64,000 nt of DNA from Paragordius varius (Eukaryota > Animalia > Nematomorpha), in assembly GCA_964247055.1 (NCBI GenBank), contig OZ176053.1, forward strand, positions 620,001 through 684,000, written 5' to 3'. Every line of letters starts with the position of its first letter. The first letter of the stretch is position 1. Both the position numbers and the translations under genes were made by a program. Positions 36,204 through 49,100 of the stretch are shown here, in pieces. The notes under the pieces are model-generated. The model had not been told where the DNA came from and ran no database searches. It worked only from the letters and a program-made list of their open reading frames with translations.

Positions 36204-39200
36204 TATCAGACCTAATACGGGGAAAATCATATCGCGTCATAGCTTCTACATCTTAACGAAATCTAGTTTCACCGTAAATTTTTATAAGCGCTATAACACC
36301 ATACCGCAAGATCTTTTCTGTTTCAAAATGGAGGGTTTACACTTATTTTTCTGACTTTGATGATTATGTAGCAATTCATGATGAAAGTATGTTGGACCCT
36401 TAATAAACATAATCGGATTCGCAAACAGGACCCGCGTATTTACGTTGTTTTTTAGAACAGCGGTTAAATCCCTAAAATTATCGGGCTTTAAATATTCATA
36501 ATTTAAATTCGCCTCACTGTGCTTTATACCCTTTATTGGTACCGCTATCAATTTTGCTTATTAAGCAGCGATGGATAATGCGAAAAAATTTCCATTTTAT
36601 TTTTCTGTAGGAAATAAGCAACGCTATTCATAAATTGAATAATATCGGAGACATGTGAAAATCTTGCCGAGTTCGGGTGATATAACAATGCTTTTCCAAT
36701 CGACTGTAATTGCCAACGTGCTATTAAATTAATCCTATTTTTTTATTTTAAAATTCTATTCCTACCATATCTTTTCTAGTTTTATTAAGCCTTATAATAC
36801 GATGAAAATTATTTATATAAAATTTTATACTTTGATAAAGATTATAAATTAATACAAATCCAAAATAATTTTAGCATTAAATGTTCTTTCAACTTTTTCA
36901 TTCGCGATAAAATATTGGAGCAGTTTTACATCCCAGAGCTTAATCTTGCAAATAATCTACTGTTTTGTAAGTTATTTTGTTAAAATTAATAATAAATAAT
37001 ATGTTTAGCTTTGTAACTTGTGGAGCTTAAAATTGGAGCCCCAAAAGACGATTAAGATAAACAGCTGATTTTAAAAGCACTAAATATCAACTTTTTGCTA
37101 ATTATTTGCCTTTTTTAACCACAATAAAGATTTATTTGCCTATAATATTAGCGTTTTGGTGGCGAAAATGTTTGAAAAGATAATTTTTACAACTTTTAAT
37201 TTGTTTGTATTATGCGCCTAAAAGACTAATGAAATAATTAAATTTAGCCAAACACCTTCAATACTTTTTTAATTCGAGTTTAAAATCGATCGGGTATAAA
37301 AATCCCAATAGGCCATGTAATGATAAATATAATCCATTTAATTATACAGTTTATTAGTTGTTTTATTTTAAACCATACGAATGTAATAACCATATTAGGC
37401 ATTATCAAAAAATAATTATTTATAATTGGAAATTTTTTTATTAAACTTTCATCCACCAAATATGTTTCAACATTAATCAATGCCAAAATAATTGTATATA
37501 ATCCATTGTTTATTTTTAATTTAAATTTGATAGAAAACTTGATTCATTGTTTTTATACTACTTTAACACTTGGATATAACACATTTCTTTTAGTTCGATT
37601 CAAATTTACCCCAGGCCTGTTTAAAATTAAATTCTTTAAAAAATATGGAAGGAATCGAAACCATGGCAAAACTTTGCACTTATATAACATTAATAAACCG
37701 AAATATATAAAAAAATTATTTAAAAATACTTGATATTACTTATTTTATACTACAACCGAAAGGTAAAACTTTAGTCAACGTGACATGTGTGCAATGGTAA
37801 AATTGAAAAATAATACAAAATAAACCGCCTTTTATTTCTATCATTGTTAAATGTAATTTAAATAAAAAATTAGCTTTAATTTTTCCCTTGAAATTAAATG
37901 AGACATTTTGCAAAAATTTTGTAAAATAAAAATGGCGTAGAAGTTTGACATGGATTTTTTTTTCAAAACAAATTTTATTTAGATATTTTAGTATATTTAT
38001 ATATTTTTATTAGGATAGAAGTATTTATTTAAATTGGGACCGTTTCCTTCAGTAGTTTTTTAAAAATCCTAACTCAAATTTAGTCTGGGGTATTTAGATA
38101 ACCCAATTTAAATCGAAGTGTTAAGCTTAATCTCATTGTAGCAAAAATACAGTACACATTTTAATGATTGCTTATATCACACTATAGTAGGGATTGCAAC
38201 AGAGTAATGTATTGAAAAAAGGATCGTTTATCCAACATATTGTTGCGAATTTCCCTACTATAGCGTAAAATAAGCAATCATTCAAATGCTTACTGTAACT
38301 TTTACTTATAAAGATACAATGTTAAAACTAATGGATAAATATTATTTTAAAAGACAACACATTTTAAATCTTGATTACATTTTTTACGCTTTGTCTGTAT
38401 AGTTTTATTTCATTAAAAATATTTACGACATCTTATAGGTCGGGTATATCAATAACCCATCTTTTGTTTTAGGACTTAGAAAAATTTGTAATGCTATTAA
38501 ATATCATTTCCTACCATATTCAATTATTAGGATCCCGTATAATAAATAATTTCTTAATAAGCATTTATTTATATCGCAAAACTTATCAAAAAAGTGTTTT
38601 CTTTGATTTATTAACAATACCTCCAATTATATTAGAGCTATTTTCGATTTCCAAAATCAATCGGTAATATACCTATTACAGTGTGAGTAAGTATATATTG
38701 CTAGAAAGTTTTTATTATTGCTAAAGAGCATATGCAGCAAAGAGAATTATTATTGGCTAATGATAATAAAAAGTTAAAAATATAACTATAAGCCAACAAT
38801 ACTGCCCTTTGTTGTATATGCTATTCGGTAAATTAATAACTTTCTAGCTATGTATACTTAGTTATAATGTATAACACAATATTACAAAAATATACTAAAT
38901 TAGTATATTTTGAAAACTCTTTTGTGTATTTAGACTCATCAGTAGAGCTAAATACGCACCAATAAAATTTTATGAGTAATGCAAAAATTATTTTGCATTA
39001 TACCAGAAAGATTATTCTAATAAGGTATTTTATAGTGGTTTTTTAAGCCAATATATGTTAATGAAATACAGCACTTGGTAGGAAGAAGTATGCGTCAATG
39101 GTTAATAATTTTAATTAGAATATATGGTATTATTATTATTAAATTAATTGAATTAACTATTTTAATTAGAGCTCGAAATGAATCACTTGGTTACAGAAAT

Positions 39201-39522
39201 TGGTTTTCTTAATTTAAGTGGATATCAGTGTGATGTTTTGGTGGCTAATTTCTATGTAATAACCCGGTTGGTTTCTAAAATTTCATAACCACAGTGGTTT
39301 CCTTTTAAATTTTTTAAAATCAAAGCGGTTCGTGTTCCTAGCTGTTGTAATCATCCGTTCATAAGTCCAGTGTTGAAAATTTGAAAGAATTTAAACATTA
39401 ATAATGACATTTTTGTTATTTAAAATCTATTTTACCTTCTCATTTTTCGTAGGGCAATTGCTTTTGAGATAGCTTTCTACCCTAAAGCTCAATACGATAA
39501 ACAACTAATTTTAAAGTGTTTT
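36204..39522 (+). pseudogene. Degenerate multi-exon plus-strand gene relic of unknown identity (other copies at about 14494-19480 and 25634-25920)
   Basis: Exon-like blocks with AG/GT ends conserved between copies while the flanks diverge: EISNAIHKLNNIGDM (from about 36611), GDIPELNLANNLVF-gtaagt (about 15320-15360), LISRAKYAPIKFY (38934-38975, 18891-18932), FFKLICVDEIQHLVVN (19004-19053), AIAFEIAFYPKAQYDKQLILKCF (about 39452-39523). No copy gives a complete open model. Confidence 0.4.
37567..38120. mobile_element. piggyBac-like TTAA-specific MITE (copy 2, inverted relative to copy 1)
   Basis: TTAA at 37563-37566 and 38121-38124; reverse-complement match to 13918-14490; empty TTAA site in the duplicate at 18175-18178. 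Confidence 0.8.
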
Positions 39523-40417
39523 AGGTATAATTTTATAACCAAAACTATATAAGAAAAAAATGCTTATTTTTACACAATTTAACTTCTGAGTCCAAAATTG
39601 CTATGCTCATAAAATCCGATTGAAACACACAGTTGATTTTAAAAGTTTATATCAAGATGAAAAATTACATTTAAAGGCTCCCTAGAGTTATCCACATTTT
39701 TTAATCAAAATCTACATTTTTATGCCTGTTATATCAGCGATTTACATACATCAATAAAAAAAATTGCGGCGAAAAAGTTTAAAAATAAAGATCTTTTTAG
39801 ATTTTTACATATTTTCAAAAAAAATTAATCATACCTAAAAGGCTAGCGAATGCACATATATTTAAATTTGGCCCACTATGTACTTTTTAAGTTAATGAAA
39901 TTGAAATCGCTCTGACACACACACCTCACAAAAGTGTCAAAATAAGCAATCCTTATTTATCTATGAAATACATTCAATATTGTTCATTATTAAATGGAAA
40001 TGTAAAAATTACAGTTAAAAGTAAAATTAGTGCTCACAAATATTTTAAAAAACCATACTTTTTTAAACCTTATAATTTCCTATCTATAAGCTATTGATAA
40101 CAATTTACACAGATATTCCTTATAAGTAAACCAGACAAAGCATATTTTAAAAAATCAAGTAGCTTAAAATATATAGCCGTATCAAATCCTTATTAATTAG
40201 TGGGATAAAAACCGTGATGGTACTTTATTTCAAAAGGAAAACATATAATATCTGTCCGTTTGAAAATTTTTATATGAATAACTTTCAAAATGATTTAATC
40301 AACACAGCTTTGCAAGCAAATTAATTTATTTATTAAATTTTTACGACAATTGATTGATTGATTTAAATGAAAAATAGCAATAAAAATTTTGGTTGCTCCA
40401 AGGATTTCGGATATGCT

Positions 40418-43144
40418 TCAATTTAAGAATTTGAAATTCTTCGTATCAATTTTCTAAAAAAAAATAAAATAAAAAAATATTAATAATCATTACCTTTCGT
40501 ATAAATTAAAATATATTATGTCTATAAATTATATCTTTAAAATTTCATTAAAATTAATTTAAATATGAAAAAATTTAAATACCTTATAATATTGATTAAT
40601 ACACATGAACGCGTTATTCCCATTGCGGATGACATAACCATTATCCAAGTATCTGTTAGGAAAAAAAAGTTTATACACTAATTGAAATTATACTAAGGGA
40701 AGGACAAAATTTATAAATATAAAGATAAATTTTTTTTTATTAAAAACAACCCACATTATTTTCTGAAATATACAATCAAAATTTAAATTATTCGGACGTA
40801 AAAATATAAAGATGACAAGTATTTTTATCTAAAAGACAACCATACTTTATAAAACCTTAATTTTTCTCATATAAGTTATTTAATTACCATTGTAAAATAT
40901 AAAATTAATTGTGTTAGTAATATTTATCTTTATTTGACACTTTGCCAATTAAAAAAAGTATGGTGTTGTCATTTGGAAAAAAATATTTGTCTTACCTTTT
41001 GTCCGTATAATTTCATTTTTTTTACTGTTTAAGTCATTACATTTATCTCTTGACTTAATATTTTTAAATTAATATGAAGAATTTATAGCTTTATAAATCA
41101 AAAGCTATGGTATATTCATAGCTTTTAATATATTTAAGTCCTGGTACATAAATACTTTGTCTTTACGGTAATTTGAAAGAAATATCTGATTCTGATAAAA
41201 AACAACTGCTTGACCTAATGCAACTTGATTGCATATCATATATGGAAAAACCGGTGGGTTTTTTCAATAAACGGTCCACTATAAAAAGTTAAATTTTTGA
41301 CAAAGTTAGGATACTCAAAAAAATTATAAACCTTCCGTTCATGGTTGTAACTGTATTTCCCGCTTTGCAAAACAATTGACAATTTTTTGCGATTTTACCC
41401 TGGGTTATTGGATCATTTACTAATAATAATAATAAAAATATATTATTAGAGTAAGAATACACTGCTATAACAGATAGTCAAGGGGCAAAATGACTTTTTC
41501 TTATAATATTCTTCCCCTTTTTATAGCTATTAGTCAATAATAATGCTCTTTGCTATATATGTTCCCTGGGAATATTTAAATAAAAAAAGCTCGCAATAAG
41601 TACTTACTTATACTGTATTTACCAGGTGTGTTCAACACAAATGGCTTCGCGGGCCGCATTTGAAAAATATATATGAACATTTATGAACAGTTTATACTTT
41701 TGCCCATCGAATAAACTTAATTAAGAATACTGTTTAAGAAATATCAATGTTACTAAGATTTTGTGTGCTTATTTTTGCAAATAATGGATCTCTAAATTGG
41801 GTGATGCCAGAATCCGTGATGGCGCCCCCTCCCCTCCATACCAGCTCTTGCATTTTAAAAATAATCAAATGCAAACCGTGGTCATGACAACTCCTAAATG
41901 GGTGATTTTTTTGTATGTATTACAGTCATGTATCCTTTATTTTATCAAAAATTTATTTTTTCGTTTAATGGTATAAATATTTGGTAAAGAATGGAAAAAA
42001 CAAGGGCTCTATGGTAATTTTTATACTTTTTTGAGGAATATGATATTGTTAATACCATAGAGCTCTTGTTTTTTCCATTGTTTGACGAATATTTTTACCC
42101 ATTGAACGAAAGAAAATAAATTTTTGATAAAATAAAGGATACATGACTGTATTTAAAATAAAAACTTTTAAATACCTTATTTTTTGAAACAAAATTAATT
42201 TTTTTTATATCTGGCACCCCTTCAGGCACCCGGTAGTCCCCTTTTTCCTTTCTAGCTAGCCCACTACGTAGGGCCGCATGTTGGACACATCTGGTATATA
42301 CCATTTACTTATAACCCCTAACCTTAACAGTTTGTAAAAAATATGTTGCAAAAATTATTTTAATATGAAATGTTGTGTTTAAATCATGACTCTTCAATAC
42401 AAATGGCTTCGCGGGCCCCGAATTTGAAATATATAGGGGAGGGGGGGGGGGGGGCTTTTATAAATAATTTATAAAATTTCAAACATATAATACTGTAAAA
42501 CGCAAACAAACACATTATAACTTTTCTAGTTCTTGGGAAATATATAAAATTGTTAAATATGTTTAAGAAATATCTATTTTATTAAAATTTTCTTATCAAA
42601 TTTTTGCATATTATGGATTGAATCTTTGCGGCCATGTTGGACTTGTTAAAATGTCAACTGTTCCATATTTAAAATACTTAAACACGAAAAAAATTTGACT
42701 TTTATGATTCTTATGCGTTGTGTACAATCGAAAGTGTTGTTTTTGAATGGAAAAAAGTCGAAAAAAACTTTGACATTATATACTCTAGGAGTCTATAAAA
42801 TGAGTTTTGCAAAACAAAATGTACCCATACTTAAATTCCTAAACCAGGTGTAGAAGAATTATATCATCCAATTAGCAACCAAACTAGAAAAAAGTTATAT
42901 TTGTTTGCATTTTACAGTATTATGTTGAAAATTATCTTATAAAATATTAATTTATTAATGCTCATATATATATATATATATTTTAAATGCGGCCCGTTGT
43001 TGGACATAACCTTGCTCCCATCCCTTGTAATTAATTGTAGAATTTTAATTAAAAATACCATCATCAAAAACAACTTCATTTCGCGCTCTGCACACATCTT
43101 GGGCATTTGAACGGCCAGGGCTATTATTCTGTATATCATACAAA

Positions 43145-43198
<54 letters not shown>

Positions 43199-46100
43199 AA
43201 TTTACAGTGCGTCCCGAAATTAAGAGGTTTAAAAAATTTATTAGATATTCTGATATAGGCCAGATTCCTATGGTGTTTATTTGAATCTTACGAGTGAAAT
43301 TAAGGAAATAATCATAATTTTGTATAATAACTCTCAATTAACAATGACAAAAGTTTCGCATATTATCCTAAATTAAATATTTTCGATGAAAGCTAAATGC
43401 TTGATGCCAAAACATTTACAGTAAAAACTAAAATTATACGGACAAAACGTAAAAAAATAAAAAGATATTTTTTCTAAAAGGCAACCATACTTTTTAATTC
43501 TTGATTTATATCGATATAACTCATTGTTTTAAATGGCAAAGTTTGAAATAGAGATATATATTACTAACATAACCAATCCTATATTTGACAATTGTAACTA
43601 AATAGCATATATGAGAAAAAAGGTATTAAAAAATATGGTTGTCCTTTAGATAAAATTTGTCTTCATATTTTTACGTTTTGTCCGTATAATTTTAATTTTT
43701 ACTGTAATTACACAATGAACTCCTTTAGAAAGCAAAATAATATTTAGCTAGTGCCGAAATTGTGCGATAATAATTTTTATGTCTGCGAAATTAAGTTAAA
43801 CATGATATTTAAAAAATTGCAAACTTTGTTTAAAATTTAATTTTAATTTAGTTGAAGCGTATTTCAGGTATGTTGAAGAATGATGGTGGTAATATAAAAA
43901 ACATTTGATAAATATAATAAAACCCTTCTCTATATAAATCGATCCTGAGCATTTCTATCACCTTAGTTTGATTAATCTATTTATAGGTGTTTAAATTTAA
44001 TTTGTGAAAACACTTTTTTATTTAAGTCGATAAAACTGGAAAAATTGTAAGGTAAAGGAATGTTCAGCATCATTGAAATATATAAAAAGTTTATTTGGTG
44101 ACAGTAATAATTGAAATTATATATAGAAAACGTAAAATAAAGACGAATGTTTTTTTTAAAAGACAACCATAGTTTTAATTATTTTTTAAATTAAACTTTA
44201 AAATATAAAATAGATATATTAATTGGTAACACAATCAATCATGCATTTTATGATTGTATTTAGATGACTTTAATAGGATAAATTGAGATATAAAGTTATG
44301 ATTGTCTTTTGAAAAAAAACTGTCCTTATATTTTTACGTGTTTTGTCCGTATAATTTCCTACTGTATAGTGGTGTTTTTAGCGTTTTCACCATACTTCAA
44401 AATACCATATAATACGGTGCTTTTACATTTTACTAATAAGGTCATTTTTTTAGTAAAATATAAATTTGGCTTTCACCAAAAAAACAAATTTATTTAGCAG
44501 AATGTGCGCAAATTTTACATCTGATATGAGCCGTAACCACAAAAGTGGTAATAACTTTCTTATATGACTCGTAAAACCTAAAACCAAGAGCTATGAGAAG
44601 ATTGAGGCATTTATCTATAAAAATATTTATTTTTCATCAGGATATTTTTTGGACCCCAAGAATTTTACTATATAAAAATATAATGATATATTAATTGCAC
44701 TAGACAACAAATTTTAACTTTTTTTAACTGCCATTCTTGTAAATTTAAAATTTATTTCATTTAAGTACATAATTTGAATATCTGAAAAGAAAATTGGTCT
44801 AGCATTCAAGATTTTTTTTATATTAGAGTTTATCGATAATTTTTAGCCGCGATTTAACATTATTCGAAAATTAAAAGTTTTAGATATGAAGCCATGTATT
44901 TTATATCATTCGAAAGAGCGCAAAAAACTGCATCTTTTATGTAGTAAGTCATCTAAATCAATTGGATGTAAAATTGGATCTAAATGGTAGAAATTTTCAA
45001 TCCTTAAATAAGTCAAGAATTTTCACATACAAACTAATTTGAAAATAATATAAATTATTTTAATATAATAAGGTTATATTAGTGTTTAATTTAAAAAAAT
45101 GTTTGAAAAAGCTTTGGTTTGCTTTTTTTATAATTATTTTTATCATACATATTTTACCTAGTGGATACTAAAATGCATAGTTATAACTCTAAATTTATTA
45201 CACAATGCCTATAAAAGATCAAAAATACCTTAAACTCTGTTTTTATCTTTAAAATATCGAAATTATCAGCCTCGTAAAGAAAACAAATTAATATTGATGA
45301 GATGGTAATTTTTAAAAACAAAAACTTAAAAATGGCTGTTTTGAGTGACATAAAAGCAATAAAAAATTAATCAAAAAAACTTTCTTGTGTTATCTTTTTT
45401 TGGACATCATCACCATCTAAACAAAGTTTGAGCTATTTTCATCCATTAGTTTTAAAAATATAATTTAAAAAAATGGTCTCGCTTCGTGCGTTTGTCGCTC
45501 TTTGTGCCCAATATTAACTGTCGATGTAATACATATTAGTATGCATTTTTAGAGTTTATAACTCTTTCGAATGATATATTACAAATGGGCATTACTTGTA
45601 TATTTTCAAAGAAAAACGTTTTGTAAAATTTTGATAAAGAGGGCGCATAATCAAAAAAATCAAATTATACAAAATTCTACTAACGAGTCATAATTTTTAT
45701 TTCAGATTTACTGTCCAAATGATACTAAATATCAGAAAATGCAAAAAACTCGAGTGGCAGAAAAATTTGTTGTCCAGTGTTATGAGTTGACAGAATAAAT
45801 ATGTAAAAATATATAACACGGTGTGTACACTAAAAAATCTTTTAAACTCTCTACATCATTAGATAGTTAAAAGCTTAATAATGAATATTGAAATGATAAG
45901 TGCGGTTAAAATGTTATAAAAAATTAATTTAATTTTGGAATTGGCCAATTTAAATAAATAAATTCAATAGAGTAAAACAGGGCGATTTAATTTTAATTTG
46001 TAATAATGTATTATAAATATAATCTTTAACTCATATATAGAGATAAGGTTTATAAAAAACTCACTATTTTTAAGCTAAAAATCGCTTTTTAGGTTCAAAT

Positions 46101-49100
46101 TTAAATGAAAAAAACTTTCCATCATGAGGTAAAAAATTTGATCAATTATCAAATATTTTATATAAAGTTCAGTCTATATATCGCGTTAAATAATCATTTG
46201 CACCCTGTATAAAAAAGAAATTTTTTGTTAATTTGCACTAAAGCAGAAGTAACTTATAATGCTAACAAAATCTCCAATAATTGAAATAATATTTAGAACA
46301 GCATAATTACAGGTTTTTTGGATTGGAAATTGACACTCAAGTACGAGTTTATAGCTTAAATTCTTGTAAATCTTTCAAGGACATTCGGAAATGATGTAGA
46401 ATTTTTATCAACTTATTTTTAAAAGACATATTGACGAATAAATTTCGACGCCTTTTTACCTATTGTATTTATTTTTATTCCACCTAATATACGATAAAAT
46501 GAGATTTTCATTTTTTTGCAAATAGTTATTAAATTACCGCATTTATCATTACGATATTGATTATCCTGCAGCATTTAGCTACCGAAAGATATAAAGGATT
46601 GAACATTTATTGTTTTATATCCATACTGTCACATAGTTAAAAATAAAATATACCTTAGGACATAGTCGAAACCTGATATATCTACCCCGACAATGCCCGT
46701 TTTTGGGTCTAGAAAATACAAATATATTATAGCTTCAATGAAAATTTATGACAGATAAATTTTGTGTGAACCCCATACAGCCCTTTTTAGTAGTAAAAAT
46801 TAAATATATACAGACAAAGTGTAGAAATATAATGGTAAATATTTTTTATATAAAAAAAGAAAGCCATATTTTTTTAATCTTGATTTTTTAAATAAAACTA
46901 ACTCAATTTAACAAAATCAGATAGATGTAAATTGTTCACACGCTTAATAATTAGATATTTCTATATTTGTAATTAAAGTCTTGTTTATGTGTGAAAAAAT
47001 AAGGTTTAAAATGTATGGCTTTTTTAAACAAAAAACATTGTCTTTTAGTGCTTACATTTTTTACGTCTGTTTATAATTTCAATTTTTACTGTATGGAAAT
47101 AAATATACGTCATTCAATTTTTTTTATAATCACAAAAAGAGTTCTGTTTTGACAGCCAAAATTAGAAATACTAACGCAGGATTATCGCATTTTCTGGTCG
47201 TGGATTGATATCCAAATTCACGATCTGGACCCTGGCATTCTGTCCAAGTAGCCCATGGGCCCCATTTCCCATTGTTTCTTTGTGCCAGTTCACTCTTTTT
47301 TTGACATTCAGTAAATCCACACGTCTAAGTCAGTGGACAAAACAAAACAATTATGTAAGTTATAGAGTTTTGAATAATATTTTTTTCTAACGTGTGTCAA
47401 ATGAATATTCTTTAACTTTTAAAATTTAGTTTGAATTTAATAGATACATATATTGAAATGGACTTGCAGCCCTAACAAATTTAAGTTTGAGTCATTCAAA
47501 AATCGAGGCATAAATTATGGCAGATTCTTTTATCTTCAATGGTTTTATCATTGGGTGACTTTTTTAATACTTTTAAAATGGTTTAAGGCACAGCTCGTTT
47601 TAAGAAATCAAGAGGAAGTTAGGAATTTCAATTTTAAAATGGTTCCAATTCCATTTTCTCAATCAATTATAATGTTTTTTTCCAAAAATAAAAAATATTA
47701 ATGAAATCGTGCCGACAAAACGTAAAAACTTCTAAACTAATAATCTATTTTATAACGTTGATTTTTTTACATAATCGATATAGATATAAAATTTTGTATG
47801 ATATAATTAAGTGTGTGTTCTACCAATAAATTTACATCTCAATTCCTAACTTTGCAGTTTAAAACAATGCAATGTGAAATCAAGGTTAAATACAGCGATG
47901 TGTTTTGAAAAAAAAAAGATTTTTTGGCTTTTATGTTTTACTGCAAGAATTTACCACAAACAAATATATGTATAATATAGTTTACATAGCCTGTGGTGTC
48001 CGCGGTAGCCAAAGAACCGTTTTCATTACAAGGATGACCGATTAAAATTTTCTTGATTGGTTGAGTCGATATATATGTAGACCTTCCAATCAGTTCTCTT
48101 TTCTCACATATGACTAGTGTGCAATTCGACTAGATATACAGTAGTAAAAATTGCATTTATACGGACAAAACGAAAAAAATTTAAAGACAAATATAGTTTT
48201 ATAAAAAGACAACAACCATACTTTGTAAAATTTGATTCTTCCTATATAAGCTATTTATAGTTTTAACTTACACCGAGTATTCAAATACGGACAAAACGAA
48301 AAAATTTGAAGACAAATATTTTTTTTAAAGATAACCATATTTTTGAATGCTTTTTTTAAATGTAGCTGATTGTTTAAAATGGCTAAGTGTGAAATAGAGT
48401 TATATGCTACCAACACAATCAATTCTATATTTTACAATTTTAACTTGATAGCTCATATAGGAAAAAATAACGTTTCAAAGTATGGTTGTCTTTAGATAAA
48501 AATATTTGACATCAGTTTGTTTAAAAATACATTGCAAAAGATATATTAAATCAAATGTGAATTGTTTAACGGATGGATCGCATATAGCCAGAAAAATTTT
48601 TAAGTACTGAGTCCAGAATATATTTATATAATAATAAACAGAATTATAAAAGACTTTTAGCGGGTATCAAAAGAATATTAATGCGTAAATTGATTATCTA
48701 ATATTAAAACATAACAAATTTACATTTTCTGAGGGCCATTTATAAAACTCATTGTAAAAATTGTAAGTATACGGACAAAACGCAAAAATATAAAGGCAAA
48801 TATTTTTTCTAAAAGACAACCATACTTTTTAAATCTTGATTATTTCATATAAATTATATAACTACGATTCTAAAATATATAATTGATTGTTTTATAATAA
48901 GATACATCCATTTCATACTTTGCAGTTTAAAACAATTAGTTATATTTAAAAAATCAAGGTGTAAAAAGTATGGTCGTTGTCTTTTAAAAAAATATATTTG
49001 TCTTTATATATTTATGGTTTGTCCGTATAATTTCAGTTTTTGCTGTATTTTATTTAATTAAAGTATAAATGTACAAAAAATTGCATAGTGTTTAAATTCG

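Larger units (their letters stand above)
36065..46413 (+). repeat. Reference copy (B) of the about 10.3-kb duplicated unit; contains the 3' exons of the ADAMTS-like gene
   Basis: Its left part matches block C and its right part matches block A; the junction at 36065 joins the unit end (ATCAACT) to the unit start (CTCGCA). Confidence 0.88.

Noticed and set aside
40480-40545. Conserved ACGAAAG|GTAATG donor-like site in the last ADAMTS intron
   Set aside because: The only nearby acceptor gives an immediate in-phase stop, so no usable micro-exon is supported.
42912-43337. 141-aa ORF (and 29298-29583 ORFs) conserved between duplicates
   Set aside because: They run through (TA)n microsatellites (YIYI runs); the conservation simply reflects the recent duplication.
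46356-46411. Stop-containing exon as the sole 3' end of the ADAMTS-like gene
   Set aside because: Phase-compatible Cys-rich-domain exons (CQLFCKAG and following) lie further downstream at 41419-40418. It is kept only as a possible alternative exon.
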